Source: Tricharina praecox (taxonomy: Eukaryota). From it: a stretch of 64,000 bases of DNA. Positions 26,489 to 38,965 of the stretch are shown here, piece after piece (the stretch's first letter is position 1; each line of letters opens with the position of its first letter). The stretch is from assembly GCF_024521635.1 (NCBI RefSeq), contig NW_026250412.1, positions 496,001-560,000 on the forward strand, given 5' to 3'. The translations under genes and the position numbers were made by a program. Under the pieces are notes generated by a model. That model was not told the DNA's origin, searched no databases, and saw nothing but the letters and a program-made list of their open reading frames with translations.

Positions 26489-29400
26489 AGGAGATGGAGG
26501 GGGAGATGCGCTTCATGTCTATGCAATGCACGAACGAACACGAGCGAACGATAACCGTCATCATCATCATCATCAAAGATGTATCCACACACATATCCAC
26601 ATCCACACATATCTACACTCCACGCTCCACACCTCCCTTTTCCATGCATCCCTCTGATTCGCATCTCATCCCATCCCACACTGCTCGCGGGTATTCAATC
26701 CGGCGACGCTCTACAATGACGCTCTACGACGACGACGACGCCCGACGCCGCTGTGGCCAAAGCCACAGCCACAGAAAAACCCAAACCCAAACCCAAGCCC
26801 TCGTCGGCCGAACCGCTCACGATCAACGATCTAGAGCAGAGTGCGCCGGTTGATCGGACTATCATACTCTACTCTATGTATCGGCGGCGCGGGCAGAAAT
26901 AGAAACGGACGCGACAACACGGCCGCGCTGATCATTCACCATTCACCACGCATACGGTTATGCAAGCCCACCCCCATGCCGATGCGCATGCTTACATCGC
27001 CACGCCGGGCCACGCAACGCAACGCAGCGCAACAACGGCGGCGGCGGTGGCGGCGGCGGGATTGCGGCGATCTATCTGCGCTGCTGCGCGGCCATTGATG
27101 CGATCGATTCTCGATCCTCCATGATGGCGAAAACAAACTGGTGTGTAAGAACAACAGTAGTACATATTGACAGTTCTCGTGGCCTGTGGCTTGTGTATGT
27201 GTGCGCGTGTAATGATTAATGGCCACCATGGACATGGACAGCCAATGGTATGTAGAGTACCTGGTGCTGGCCGGACCTGCAGCAAGTTGCAACCGGGAGG
27301 CGAACTGAACTGGACGCATGTACCGTGTGTAGGGTGCTCTTTCTGTGGTACGGATAAACACCCCAGCACAGCACAGCGAGGTCAGATGGGCTTTGGCTTT
27401 GGCTTTGTCTGTTGCTGCTGCTGCAGTTGCAGTAGTTACCGAACCCCCCCCCCCCCAATGGATGTGGATTTACCGTTTATACCTAGTATGGTGATGGTGG
27501 TTCTTCACGTCAAGTTCGAGTTCCAGTCAAGTCAAGTCCGAAAAAAAAGGCGAGTGTATGATATGTACCGGTGTTAAGCAAGCCTTGCGGCCCTGAGGAC
27601 TCGAGGGGGACAGCCCTACCATACTATATTTGCCACTGCGCCGGCGGGGGATATGGCGGATCCAGTCGGATCCGGGGCTGTCAAGGTTCCGTGCAAGAGT
27701 AGATGTGTAGAGGATGTAGATAAAGTGTGAATCTCCGAGCGAATATGTACCGCCTTCCGAGACATATCCGCATGTAATCTACTCTACCGTGTGCGTATGT
27801 GGGTAGGTAGGTGCTCTACAAACTTGTGTATGTAGAGTACTCGTGTATGTACGGTATGTACTCGTGTAGATATGTAATGTACCGTATGTACGTGTGCTGA
27901 TGAGCCTGTGCACTGGATGAATTGGGTGCAGAAATATGAGTGTAGGAAGGGGACAAGGCTCTGGGATGTTTCCCCCTCCCCCATCCCCGTTCGAACTTCG
28001 TATCCGTGCAGAGTGAGAGTGCGTATGTGTGTGTTCTATGGACGTTGCCGGAAATTTTGCTTCTTTCTTGCACATCCCAAGTACTCAGCTCCTGGTACTC
28101 TACATAGTACATAAAGTGCATATCATAGGTACTCGATAGTTCAACTTACGGTACCCTGGTTGGTTTCCTTCCTGCCTGACTTCCTTCCTGACCGACTGCC
28201 TAGCCTCCCCCGGGGTCCGGGGAGCACTTGCCGCATGGGGCGTCTCGTCGAGTCGAGTCTGTTCGAGTGCTCGCCGGTGATACGATTTTACAATTTCCGA
28301 GCGCGCTGCTGCTGCTGCAGGAAGCGGTCAAATCGAGGGAACGATGCAGGAAAAAAACAAATAAACAAGCCTTTTGCTGCTGGGCCCCTACGGTACTTGG
28401 GGGAGGAGGGTGCTGGTGCGGGATAAAAGAAAATAAATAAAATGGTAGGTAAAAAGGAATAAAAAGGAAAAGAAAAAGAAAACTCGGTCCGAATACCGAG
28501 CACCGCGTTACTATACTCTTCAAGGCATGCTCGTCCGAAGTTCGAACTGCCATCTCTCCCTGGGTTCGGCAATTGGTTATGTCGGGGCTTGGGCCTTGGT
28601 GGTCCATGACCATGACCTCGGTTGATATCTATGGCTTCTTCCGTTTGTCATCGGCTGTCGGCGCGCGCCTTCAACCTTGTACCACCGCCGCTAACTACAG
28701 TAGCGAAACCGGTGGGCTCCTCAGTCCTGGCCAGGGTTGGGGTTGGCCCAGAGGTGTTTGCGAGGATTTGATTGGTAAGTTCGTAGAGTGGTTAAGTACT
28801 GGCCTGGCGCTGGCGGGGGTTGGTCCGTCCGGGGGAGGGGAAGGTTTGCGGAGGCTTTGCGGAGGCTGGCTTGCTTGGTCCGACCGTCGGAGAGGGCTGA
28901 GAGCGATGGATCGATGGGGGGATGGGGTGGATGGATGGGGGATGGGGAGGGATGGGGAGGGATGGGGAGGGATGGGGTGGGATGGATGGATGGATGTCTG
29001 TGCGGAAAATGTTCGCGGGCTTTTTCAGCTTACCGTCGCCGGTCTTGTAGAGTAACTAGAAGTAGAGTACTCCCAGCCCTCCAAGACCTGGAGAAGGGGG
29101 AGGGGGAGGAGGCCCGAGATGAAGAAACCCGCACACAGCAGCTGACTGCTCGTAAATCGGAGGGTGGTAGTTATACATATGGAGTTCCTCAGGGAGTGAT
29201 GTACAATACACACTACCGTAGTACCGGTAGATGGAGTTAGTTAGTACACCCGCGTCGACCGACCATCGTGCCTCCACGGGACCCTTCACCGTCCTTCATC
29301 CTCCACCACCACCGCGACGCGTGCTTCTTCCCAACTGCAGAAGGGCTTCTTGCATACACACGGTAGGCTCATTGCGCGGACGGACAAGGATGTCATGATC

Positions 29401-30931
29401 CCTCGCACGTGGAGCGGCACCGTTATTAATTTGCTTTTGGCGTAGAGTTATCAACTCTAAAGCGTCCGTTTCGTTCTCTGGAGGGAAGGGACGATGCGCA
29501 TTGTGAATAGATGCCAATCCCATGAAGATGTGTATTGATGTACCTATGTACACCGGGAATAGCAGGGTGTCCGCAGCCGCAGCGCAAGCAAGACATCAGC
29601 CAGTCAGACCAACATCACCGATGCTGAGTACGTATACGAAGTGGTTACATAACTGTCTACGCAAGAGTACGTACAAAGTAAGTGCATTCTTGCATAGTCG
29701 TGACGGGAGGGCGTAATGAGACATCGCATGCCCCCCTTCCACAATCCTATTGTGTGCAATATACCCTACACGGTAGTGTCATTATTATTGCCCACAAGGG
29801 ATGTGCATGCTCATGTCCTGTAGTCTGGGGGCGGGCCTGCCTAAGCCTGCAAAGAGGATGGTTGGTGATTGTCCTCTAAAGCAAACTAAACCCGTGCGCT
29901 TGCTCGGGCTCGAGGCTTCTCTCGGTTTCGAAGTTGAGCGCTTTCTTCGACACTCGCCCCTCCCCTTCCGCCGTGCGTGTCGTCCCTTTCGCCGCACCGT
30001 CCGCCAGTCAGTCCGCCAGTCAGTCAGCGCCATCGCCAGTTGGTGTTTTCCTCGGCATTCTCGATCACACGTCCTCCCCCCCTCCCCACCCCCGAAAAAT
30101 CTCTCCGGCGAAGGACCGCTCGCACTCTCGGCCGTCCAGTGTACCACTATATACGACCGGTGGAAGTAGCCCAGCCTTTCCAGTAAACCCCGAACGATCC
30201 GTGCCGGCCAGACGCAACCTCCCCCCACTCCCCCGACTCCGACTCCGCCTTCCCAACCAACCAACCTGCCTTCCCCGGATCCCTCGGCCACCTTCTCGCT
30301 CGATCGCCTTGCCTCGCTCACAAGCCGTCCGCCAGCCAGCCATACCAACTCAAACGCCTGCCGCCCCCCTTGCGCGTCTACTGGCATCTCTCCACTGAAA
30401 GGAACGTACGACAGTCGCGTTTGAAATTCCAGGGCTCCCACCTTTCACACGCGTCGATCTGCAACCCGCTGTATCACCTTGAGTTACCCACACAGAGATC
30501 CCCCCCCCCCCACACACACACACATCTGCTCCTGTACTCAATCTGCTTCGCCGCCGCCGTCGCCGCCCACCTCCGCCGCCACCGCCGCCGCCAAAACACA
30601 CCGGACAGTCGGGCAGTCGGACAGTTGGAAACATCGCCCCCAGGCACTCCAGTAGATGGGTCCGAGTTCTGAGTACATACCGCCAATAACCGCTTCACCG
30701 CACACTCTACCTGCAATTCCCTAATCAACTAGTGGAGCTTGCTGGGTGGGTCCCTTCAACTAATCTACGCTTCTCAATCGCATATGTACGTGTATTATAG
30801 AGCTGCGAAGCAAGATTCCTCCATTTCACCCCCAAATCTCCGATCATATACCCACATACGCACATACAGCAGCAGCCGCAGCAGCAACAACACCAGCCGC
30901 AGCAGCATCGATACCGAACTCGTACATACAG

Positions 30932-31075
30932 TTTCCCCACGATCCCGGTTATATCGACTTCAGACCTCCCTTTTCCCGGCAAATCTATTTCAAGAAACCT
31001 GCCATCATTGCTCAGGATTATCAATTGACACCACCGAGCGGCGAATCCGTTCCTGATCGATTACGTCGCCAGTAG
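30932..31075 (+). other. Putative non-AUG upstream coding segment (uORF core) in the leader of the Zn2Cys6 gene
   Basis: Frame reads FPHDPGYIDFRPPFSRQIYFKKPAIIAQDYQLTPPSGESVPDRLRRQ* with no in-frame ATG after the previous stop. It is preceded by a candidate intron 30786-30931 (GTACGT..CAG). Confidence 0.5.
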
Positions 31076-32159
31076 CCAGGCCGGAGGCTGTGCTTTTTTC
31101 TTTCCCACTCCACGCGGAGAAATCTAGATCACCCAAGCTTAGTGACTTCCACTCACTCGAAACAGCTCGGACGTCAGGAACCAACCCGACGCATGAAGCG
31201 AGGGGCTTCCAGCAGAGGCCTTGAGTTTCGCCGTCAAGAACCACACCTCCCGGGACGTGTCGGTCTCCGAGTGCCTTCTTCGCATCCTTTCTGCGCCCCA
31301 GGTTGCGCTCGTTGATCGCTCTTTGAGGCAAGAGGGAAGTGGCCGGAATAGCAATCGTTGCGGAGTGTAATTGGTTTAGACGTTCACAACACCTCAACCT
31401 CCACACAGCCTCCATTACCACCACCACCACATCCACTACTACCACCACCACCATTGCCCAAAGCAACAGCAGCCACTAGCCAAGGCGGTGTCACACTTTT
31501 CCTCCAGCGAACAGCCTGATTTGTGAGTGTGAGTCTTTTCTCTCGGCTGTCACGGCGGCGTCTCTTTCTTATCTTTTCTATTTTTTCTCTATTTTTTTTT
31601 AATCTTTTATCTGCTCTATCCGGGATTTATCTCGCTGGGCGCCTCGCTTTTGCATTTGGGCCCTTCTGTGGAAGCTTCTGTTGCTTCGAAGCGAGATTCG
31701 CGGACAGGCGGGCGACCCAACAAGCGAGAATCAAAAAAAAACACAGAGGCGTGCGGGAGGATCTTCGTTCGGGGAAAATTTTATAATTAAACCAACTTGC
31801 CCGTGCCCTACGCGCAGAGAAAGGTCTGTCTCCTGTTGGGGAAACCAGAACTTCGCTTTCTGTTGGACCACTGGCCAACGAACTTCGTTCCTCTCTACGT
31901 CCTCTCTCTTCGCGGTCTCCGAAATAAGGGCTACTACATACCTCGACAAAAAGCAACGTCTCTCTGTACCGAGGAGAGCTTTGGGCCGTCTGAAACGCGG
32001 GGAGCTACTTTGCAGGGGTGGGTTGTGAAGTGGAAGCTTTGTCTGCGACGGAGGCAAAAGGAACGAACGACTACTGCTGTGGGGGGATCTTGTTGGTTGC
32101 AGCTCAGTCAGTTACTGGATCCTACCGTTATAAGTACCTGCATCGCTACAAGTATAAGG

Positions 32160-35100
32160 ATGCCTGCCACCCATTCAGCCCGTTCCAGTGCATCGGCCCC
32201 GATCACGGCCACCAGTCCTACAACCTCGACGACGACGCCTCGCACCACACGAAGCGGCCGGTCGATACAGCCGCCGCAGTCACAACAGCCTCAGTTTCGG
32301 TCTCACGTCGACTCCTCTCACGGCGAGGACTCGCCACGCCACCATTCCTCCTCCTCCTCTCCCTCCTCCGTCGCCCAGAGTCCAGTCAGTCCGGACTTTG
32401 TTAGGCGCGCCGTTGCCGAAGAGACAAGCCCGGCGTCGGAAAGCCTGTCACCCCAGCGGAGCTCAAGCACGAAACCAAATATTCCACTAGCAGCAGATGC
32501 GGCCAGTGGAGCAACCTATCCTACAGGCCGCATCTCACCAACCCGTGAAATGGCCCAGTCACAGCGACGGATGAGTGAACATGAAGTGGCCATGATGGCC
32601 GGCAACAGATCCATAGGCGCACCCACACCGACCTCTACCAGCTCATACGGTGGAATGAAGGACGAGGGCGGTTATGGGGTGAGGCGGGAGAGTGAGTTTG
32701 GCGGTACTGACGATGGGTATGGTGGTGGAGGTGGCATGATGGGTGGTGTTGGACTCGGAGAGTTCGGAATGCATGGCGGCCGTATCAGTCCGGGTTATGA
32801 CATGGATGGTGGAGACTATGACGGCCAGGATGCAATTGGCGATCTCGGCGAGCAGGATGGAGTCGACGACTCGGAGGCCGCGCGCGGTCTCTTCAAGATG
32901 AAGTCTGAGGGTGAGGGACAGGATCAAGAGCAATCCGGCACCTGGACCGAGACGAAGACAAAGGTAAGCTATGGCGGACCCGCCAATGGGGCTCTTGAGC
33001 CTGTGAAACCTTTGGTAGTGCAGTCTGGAACCGAAAGCTTTCCAAACAAGAGTGGTGAGCTGACTTTCGATAGGCTGGGAAAGAACGGAAACGGTTGCCG
33101 TTGGCGTGCATCATGTGTCGAAGAAAGAAGTGAGATGGTCCCAACCTCCATGTGAGGGTTACGGGTCGTTGCTTTACTTTACTGACCGTTCGAACAGAAT
33201 ACGATGTTCGGGAGAAAAGCCGGCCTGCAAACACTGCCTTCGATCACGGATACCCTGCGTTTACAAGCAGACCGCTCGAAAAACGGTGCCTCGGACGGAT
33301 TACATGACCATGCTGGATCGGCGACTAAAGAGGATGGAAGAACGATTGCTCAAGAGTGTACCGAAGGAAGAAATCAACGCCATCCTTGCCAACACCGGCC
33401 GTTCCGTGGTCAGGCCCGCAATAACAGCGGCGGGCAAGAAACGCACGGCTGAAATGGCATTCGAAGACGAAATCAGTTCTTGGAGCCGGACAGGGCCCAG
33501 AACGAAGCAACGTGCCATGGATGGAAGCGCACTCGGCGGACCACCATCATCAACAAAGGACGCATCCGTGGACACCGACGATGGTTCCCGCGCTTTGCCG
33601 TCGAAGGACATACAGGAACACCTTGCTGAGGTTTTCTTTGATTGTGTTTACGGCCAGCCCTACTTTCTACTACATAAACCATCGTTTATGCGGCGTCTGA
33701 GGTGGGGATTCTTCTTTTCCGGTCTCGTTTTGGGAGGGGGGCAGCACGAGTAGCCAGACTAATCGTGTCTTATTGTAGGGCTGGGACAGCACCTCCAATC
33801 TTGGTTCTGTCAATATGCGCCGTGTCCGCTCGATTCTCAAAACATCCAGCTGTACGGCATGAGCCGCCCTTCCTCGCCGGTGAAAACTTCGCTTCCGAAG
33901 CTCGTCGGCTACTGTTGAAGAATTTCGACACTCCCAACATAACGAACTTGATCGTCTGCATCATCCTGGGCCTGCACGAGTTTGGGACATGCCACGGCGG
34001 CAGAAGTTGGGCGCTGGGTGGAATGGCGACCAGAATGGCCCACGCTTTACAATTACACAAGGAGGCGGACCAGGATCCGATGGGAAAGGTGCATCCACTC
34101 ATGCGGCCGGACTACAACCACGACGGTGGCCACATGGGTGGTTACATGTCATTCACCGACAAAGAGATACGGAGACGGTGCATGTGGGCTTGCTTCGTGA
34201 TGGATCGCTTCAACTCATCCGGTACGGAGAGGCCGTGCATCATCAACGAAGGCGAGTTGGAGATACAGCTTCCGGTTCATGACAGGAACTTGCAACTCGA
34301 CGCAGCGGCCATCACCGAGCAGTTGGACGGAGGGGTCAAGGATACATCGGAACTTTCGGAGGAGGAGAAGATGGCAAAGGCCGCAGAGAGTATGGGTATC
34401 GGGGCGTATATGGTTCGCGTGGTGGCCATCTATGGTAGGGTCGTCAAGTATCTCAGCCGGGTTCGTTCACCCAATGTCACTCGAGGTATTTTAGTGGGGA
34501 AATTTTGCTGATTTTTGACACGGTATAGGGCGGAAAGGATAAGGATGCTTGTGACATATGGGACCAAGAATCCCAATTCTACGAGCTTAGCTCCGAAATC
34601 CAGCAGTTCATTGACGATCTCCCGGATACGTTTCAATACACACCAGCCAACATTCAGGCCCAGCATACGGAGAGGACGTTGGGCCAGTTCGTCTTCTTGC
34701 ATGTGGGATGTCAGCAGATCCGCCTTTTCCTCCATCGGTCAGCTTTGACCATGTCCGGGTCCGCGCCGAGCGATGCAACGTCAGTAATGCCGGCAGACTT
34801 TGGGGAAGCGGCCAGAGAGACCACCCTCGATGCAGCTACCAAGATTGCAGAGATCATACAAGACTCACAGGAACGAGGGGTGTTAGTTGTGGCTCCGTTC
34901 ACTGGATACTGCGCCTTCAATGCCAGTCTGGTGCATCTTGTCAGGATGTTTCACCGGCAGAAGAAGATCCAATTGGTGGCCAAGAAGCACATGGAGACGT
35001 GCCTCAAATTTTTGCTACAGCTAAAACAATATTGGGGTCTATTCCACTCCATCACGGACAACTTGAAGTCGATCTACAGGAGATTCTCGGAGAGCTCTGC

Positions 35101-36253
35101 GCAAGGATTGTTCGTGTCGGGGCACCAAGAGATTTCTCGCATGTTGCAGTATGGCGACTGGTTCTTGAAATATCCTCAAGGTTATTCGGCTGGGGACTTT
35201 GATGACGAAGCACGAGGATCTATGCACGGAGATACGCAGTCTCTCGCCGACGATGGTGCACTGAGTCACCGGCCAGATCTGCAAACGGCCGATGAATTCT
35301 TCACTCGATTGGGGCCACGTATCGACACACGACAATCGCAATCGCTACCGACCACGATAAAACACCCGCAAACCTTCATGCACGCTTCACCGCCGGATAA
35401 CCGTAGCTCGCCAGCCTCAGCTGGTCATGGTCAATCACCAATGAATCATCCAGTACCAGGTCCCTCCCCAATGCAGCAGTCGTCGGCACTCCACGCGGCC
35501 CCAGCGCCAACGAGTACCCCTTCTTCTTCTTTGAGTTCGAAACCGGGGGATCGACCCCGCAAAATAGATACGCACAAGGCGTCTCATGTGCGACGAGCAA
35601 GCATGTCCCAAGCATCGCCACCTCCATACGGAGCAGGCCCAACAGGTTTCGTGCAACGAAATACGACGTCTCAATTGGCATCGCCGTTATCAGCACGATT
35701 ACCCAGTATTCCAGCCTCGCCGCAACAATTCACCGGCTATTCAGCAGCGGCAATGACACCCCAGAATGCTGTATCATCCACGCCATCACCAAACTACAAT
35801 CACAATCACCCACAGCAGCAACCGGTAGTGTCTCAAGAGCAGCAGCAGCCAGTATCGCAAGCTCCATACCTCTCCTACGATTCGTATCCGGGCGGCTCAG
35901 ACTCCAGTTTGATCGCGGCGCTTAGTAGCGGCCTCTGGCAGGGATTCGACCAGCCGATAAACACGGCGGACGTGAGTGCGTTCCAGGAACAGCACCACCA
36001 CCACCACCAGACGAGCAGCAGCGCGTGGTTCATGCCGTTCAACTCGGTGCCGCCGGGCTTCGAAACGGGTCCTACAGGGCTGGATACGCTTGGGATGTTG
36101 GCGGCCAGCGGGGCCGCCGGAGGAGGTGTTACCGAGGCTGGAGCGGACAGGCCGGGGAGTGGAAGTACCTCCAGTGTTCCCCCTGGTGGGATACTGAGTA
36201 GCACGGCGGTGTATCATGCCGGTGCCAACGGGGGACATTTACAGCGGCAGCAA

Positions 36254-36287
<34 letters not shown>

Positions 36288-36319
36288 AACAGCAACAACA
36301 ACAGCAACAACCACGGTGA
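32160..36319 (+). CDS. Zn(II)2Cys6 transcription factor with fungal-specific TF (middle homology) domain; resembles the 'Prf'-type C6 factors
   Basis: Spliced zinc cluster AGKERKRLPLACIMCRRKKIRCSGEKPACKHCLRSRIPCVYK. Introns 32964-33073, 33130-33197, 33702-33778 and 34461-34528. Fungal_trans motifs FLLHKPSF and EIRRRCMWACFVMDRFNSSGTERP; C-terminal polyQ. The start at ATG 32160 is inferred. Confidence 0.92.
36242..36312 (+). repeat. CAG/CAA coding repeat giving a polyglutamine tract (about 21 Q) at the TF C-terminus
   Basis: Read directly; lies just before the TGA at 36317-36319. Confidence 0.9.
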
Positions 36320-38348
36320 CGTTGAGCGGGCCTACATACATACCTTCATTTCTTGTTTCCCCATATTTTCTACGGGAGTTTTTTATTTATCTATTCCTTT
36401 GCTTGTTACTCACCTGTTTGACGGCACAATCGTTCGTCAGTCATGATGGCAGTAGCAGGTGGTCACTGGTAGTAGTGGATGGGGGAGGGTCCGCAGCAGC
36501 GGCTAGTTAGCGGGCGTTCGAAGGGAAGTCCAGTCCGTAACTTATCTTGTACTATTTATGATAACTATAACCACCATGTGGTGGGGAACTATTTTTATTT
36601 TTATTTTCTCTTTCTTTATGTACTCCTGGGGGGGGGGGGGTGTTTCGTTTATCGTATCAAGGATTCATGGAGGGGGATTCGTTTCTATTTTCCTACATAC
36701 CGGTATGGGCCTACATATTGAATCGAGGAGGGATGGTGGGGGGATGGGTGGATGGGATGGGAATGAACCATTTTTTTTCTGAAGAAAGTTGAAACTTGCT
36801 CCGATGATCGATCTTGAGATACTAGATACTGGATACTGGATAGTGTAAACGGAACGGGCTGAATATCCGGGACATGGATGGAGATTATGGAGATTATGGA
36901 GATGATACAGAAGAGCCGGAGATGCAGAAGAGATGCGGATAGAGATGCAGGAGGAGGAGGAGGATGCAGGAGGAGAAGGATGAAGCAGGCGGTGTTCGGG
37001 AAACGGGAAAACGGGAAAACGCAGGATTCTGCATGTCAAATGACTTTCGCATCGTATCGCATGGCATCGGTACCCTCCATTCATCCTCATCCTCATCCCC
37101 ATCTCGACCACCATCCACCACTATTCCCGATTTCTTTTCATTTGTTTCCCTGTTTCCTGAGTCCTCTCCAGAGTCCATTGTTTCGCAGTACACCTTGGAA
37201 TGCTATGGAATGCCGTGCACACCTGCACCACACCGCACTGCTTTCGCGCTCGTGCTCGCCTGTGTACCCGCTTTCGGACGGGATGGGATGGGCGGGATGG
37301 GATGGGCGTGTGCTCTCTCGTTTCTCCAGCCTCCAGTCTCGAATCAAATCGGGATGGATGAGAAACACAAGGAACACAAGAAACACAGAAACCACGGAGC
37401 ACGCAGCGCAAACAAGGAGAACAGAGCAGACAAGGAGCACAAACAAGGAGCACGCCTCCCCCTCCCCCCCTTCTCTCCTCTCCATCCATACACCCGGCTG
37501 CCCACGGCCGCTCCGAGCTACTCCCACAGATCCATAGATAGTACAAGGACCATAGATAGTACAGGATAGTTACAGGGACCCGGGCGCTAAGCAGCATGAC
37601 CCGCATGAGCTTTTGATCACGTGAGTGGTGTGTGGTGGTACCCACCTAGGGTATTCTATATATCCGGCCAGTAATCTACTCTGGTTACTCTAGAGTGGTG
37701 GGAGGTGGTGGGAGGGGAGGTGGGAGGGAGGGGTGCTGGGAGGGGTGCTATGGTGTAGGGCGTGCTTGTGCCATCGGGAGGGACTGCGGAGGGGGGGTGT
37801 GGAACGTTGTGGTTATTGAGGAGTTTTTGCGGATGGGGGATCTCGTGTGGGGTGCGGATTGGTGGGGGGTAACGATTTACTTCACTATTCACTGTGCACG
37901 GGGGATTTTCTTTTTTTTGTTTCGTTTCGGGCTTGGACCCTCGGACTCTTGGAGTTTGCAGTTTGCGGTGTTTTTGTGGATACTCGGTCGGTCGGTGACT
38001 CGGTGGATGTACTCTACCTACCTATCGGAGATGTGTTTCGACGGGCGGTCGGGAGCGCGGGGTTTACCAGTCACTCACTGGGGGATAATTGGTGCCGCGC
38101 CGCGCGGATTCAGCCGCCCGACAGGCAGGCAGGCAGCGACGGTGGTGGCTGGCTGCTTAACTCCTGCTTACTGCGGGGGAAATTGAGGCTCGAGGCTCGA
38201 GGGCACAGACGCTCGCCCGCTCGCTTTGGTTGCGATGCGATGCGGATTATTGTTTAGAGTATGCGGATTATCTATGGTACGTGGGGCTGTGGGGCTGGTG
38301 AGGGCTGGTGAGCGCCGAGTGAGTGAATACCCAAGTTGACCTAATATG

Positions 38349-38379
<31 letters not shown>

Positions 38380-38824
38380 CAAGATCTTGATCTGGAGTGT
38401 GCAACCCACCCCCTCTCCCCCGCGCGCATCGCATCGCGCCGTTCGTTTTCGCAAGAAGTCGTCGAGGAGGGGGGAGTGGATTTTTTTACTTTTTTTTCTT
38501 CTTTTCATCGCTCAATCTTGTTTTTTTGTACGAGTGGGTGTGAGGTATGTATGCGAAGCACGCTCGTGAAGGATAATGCACGCGAACAGTGGCTCGCAAA
38601 GGCGAGGGAAGCAGGTGTCGGGAAGCAGGTGTCGGGAAGGAAGAAGGTGTCGGACAGGACAGCCGGACAGTCGGAGGAGGCTCTCAGTGGGAAAAGGTTG
38701 TGACCTCGAATTCGAGCTGTGAACTGTGAACTGTGAATCGAAGTGGAGTGCAGTCCATTGCAGTGCAGTGGAGTGGAGAGTGGAGTCACTGGAGTGGGAG
38801 GTGAGCCGGATACCCGTGGCGGTG

Positions 38825-38965
38825 ATGGATAATGGATAATGGATAATGGATAATGGATAATGGATAATGGATTGGATTACCTAGAGTAATTGAGCGGGGG
38901 TGCTCCAAGTTGCCGTTCTGCAGTGAGCAGTGAGCAGTGAGCAGTGAGCAGTGAGCAGTGAGCAG
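38825..38965 (+). repeat. Two 7-bp tandem arrays: (ATGGATA) about 6.5 copies and (GCAGTGA) about 6 copies
   Basis: Read directly at about 38825-38872 and 38920-38965. Confidence 0.9.

Noticed and set aside
26313-26679. ORFs with (SPT)n, (WEM)n or (GDV)n repeats, superficially like a Pol II CTD or a repeat-peptide precursor
   Set aside because: All are translations of one perfect 9-bp DNA repeat with no synonymous variation, signal peptide or processing sites.
31797-32159. N-terminal extension of the TF from a TTG start in the ORF track
   Set aside because: Lies mostly within the probable leader intron and is not protein-like. ATG 32160 is preferred.
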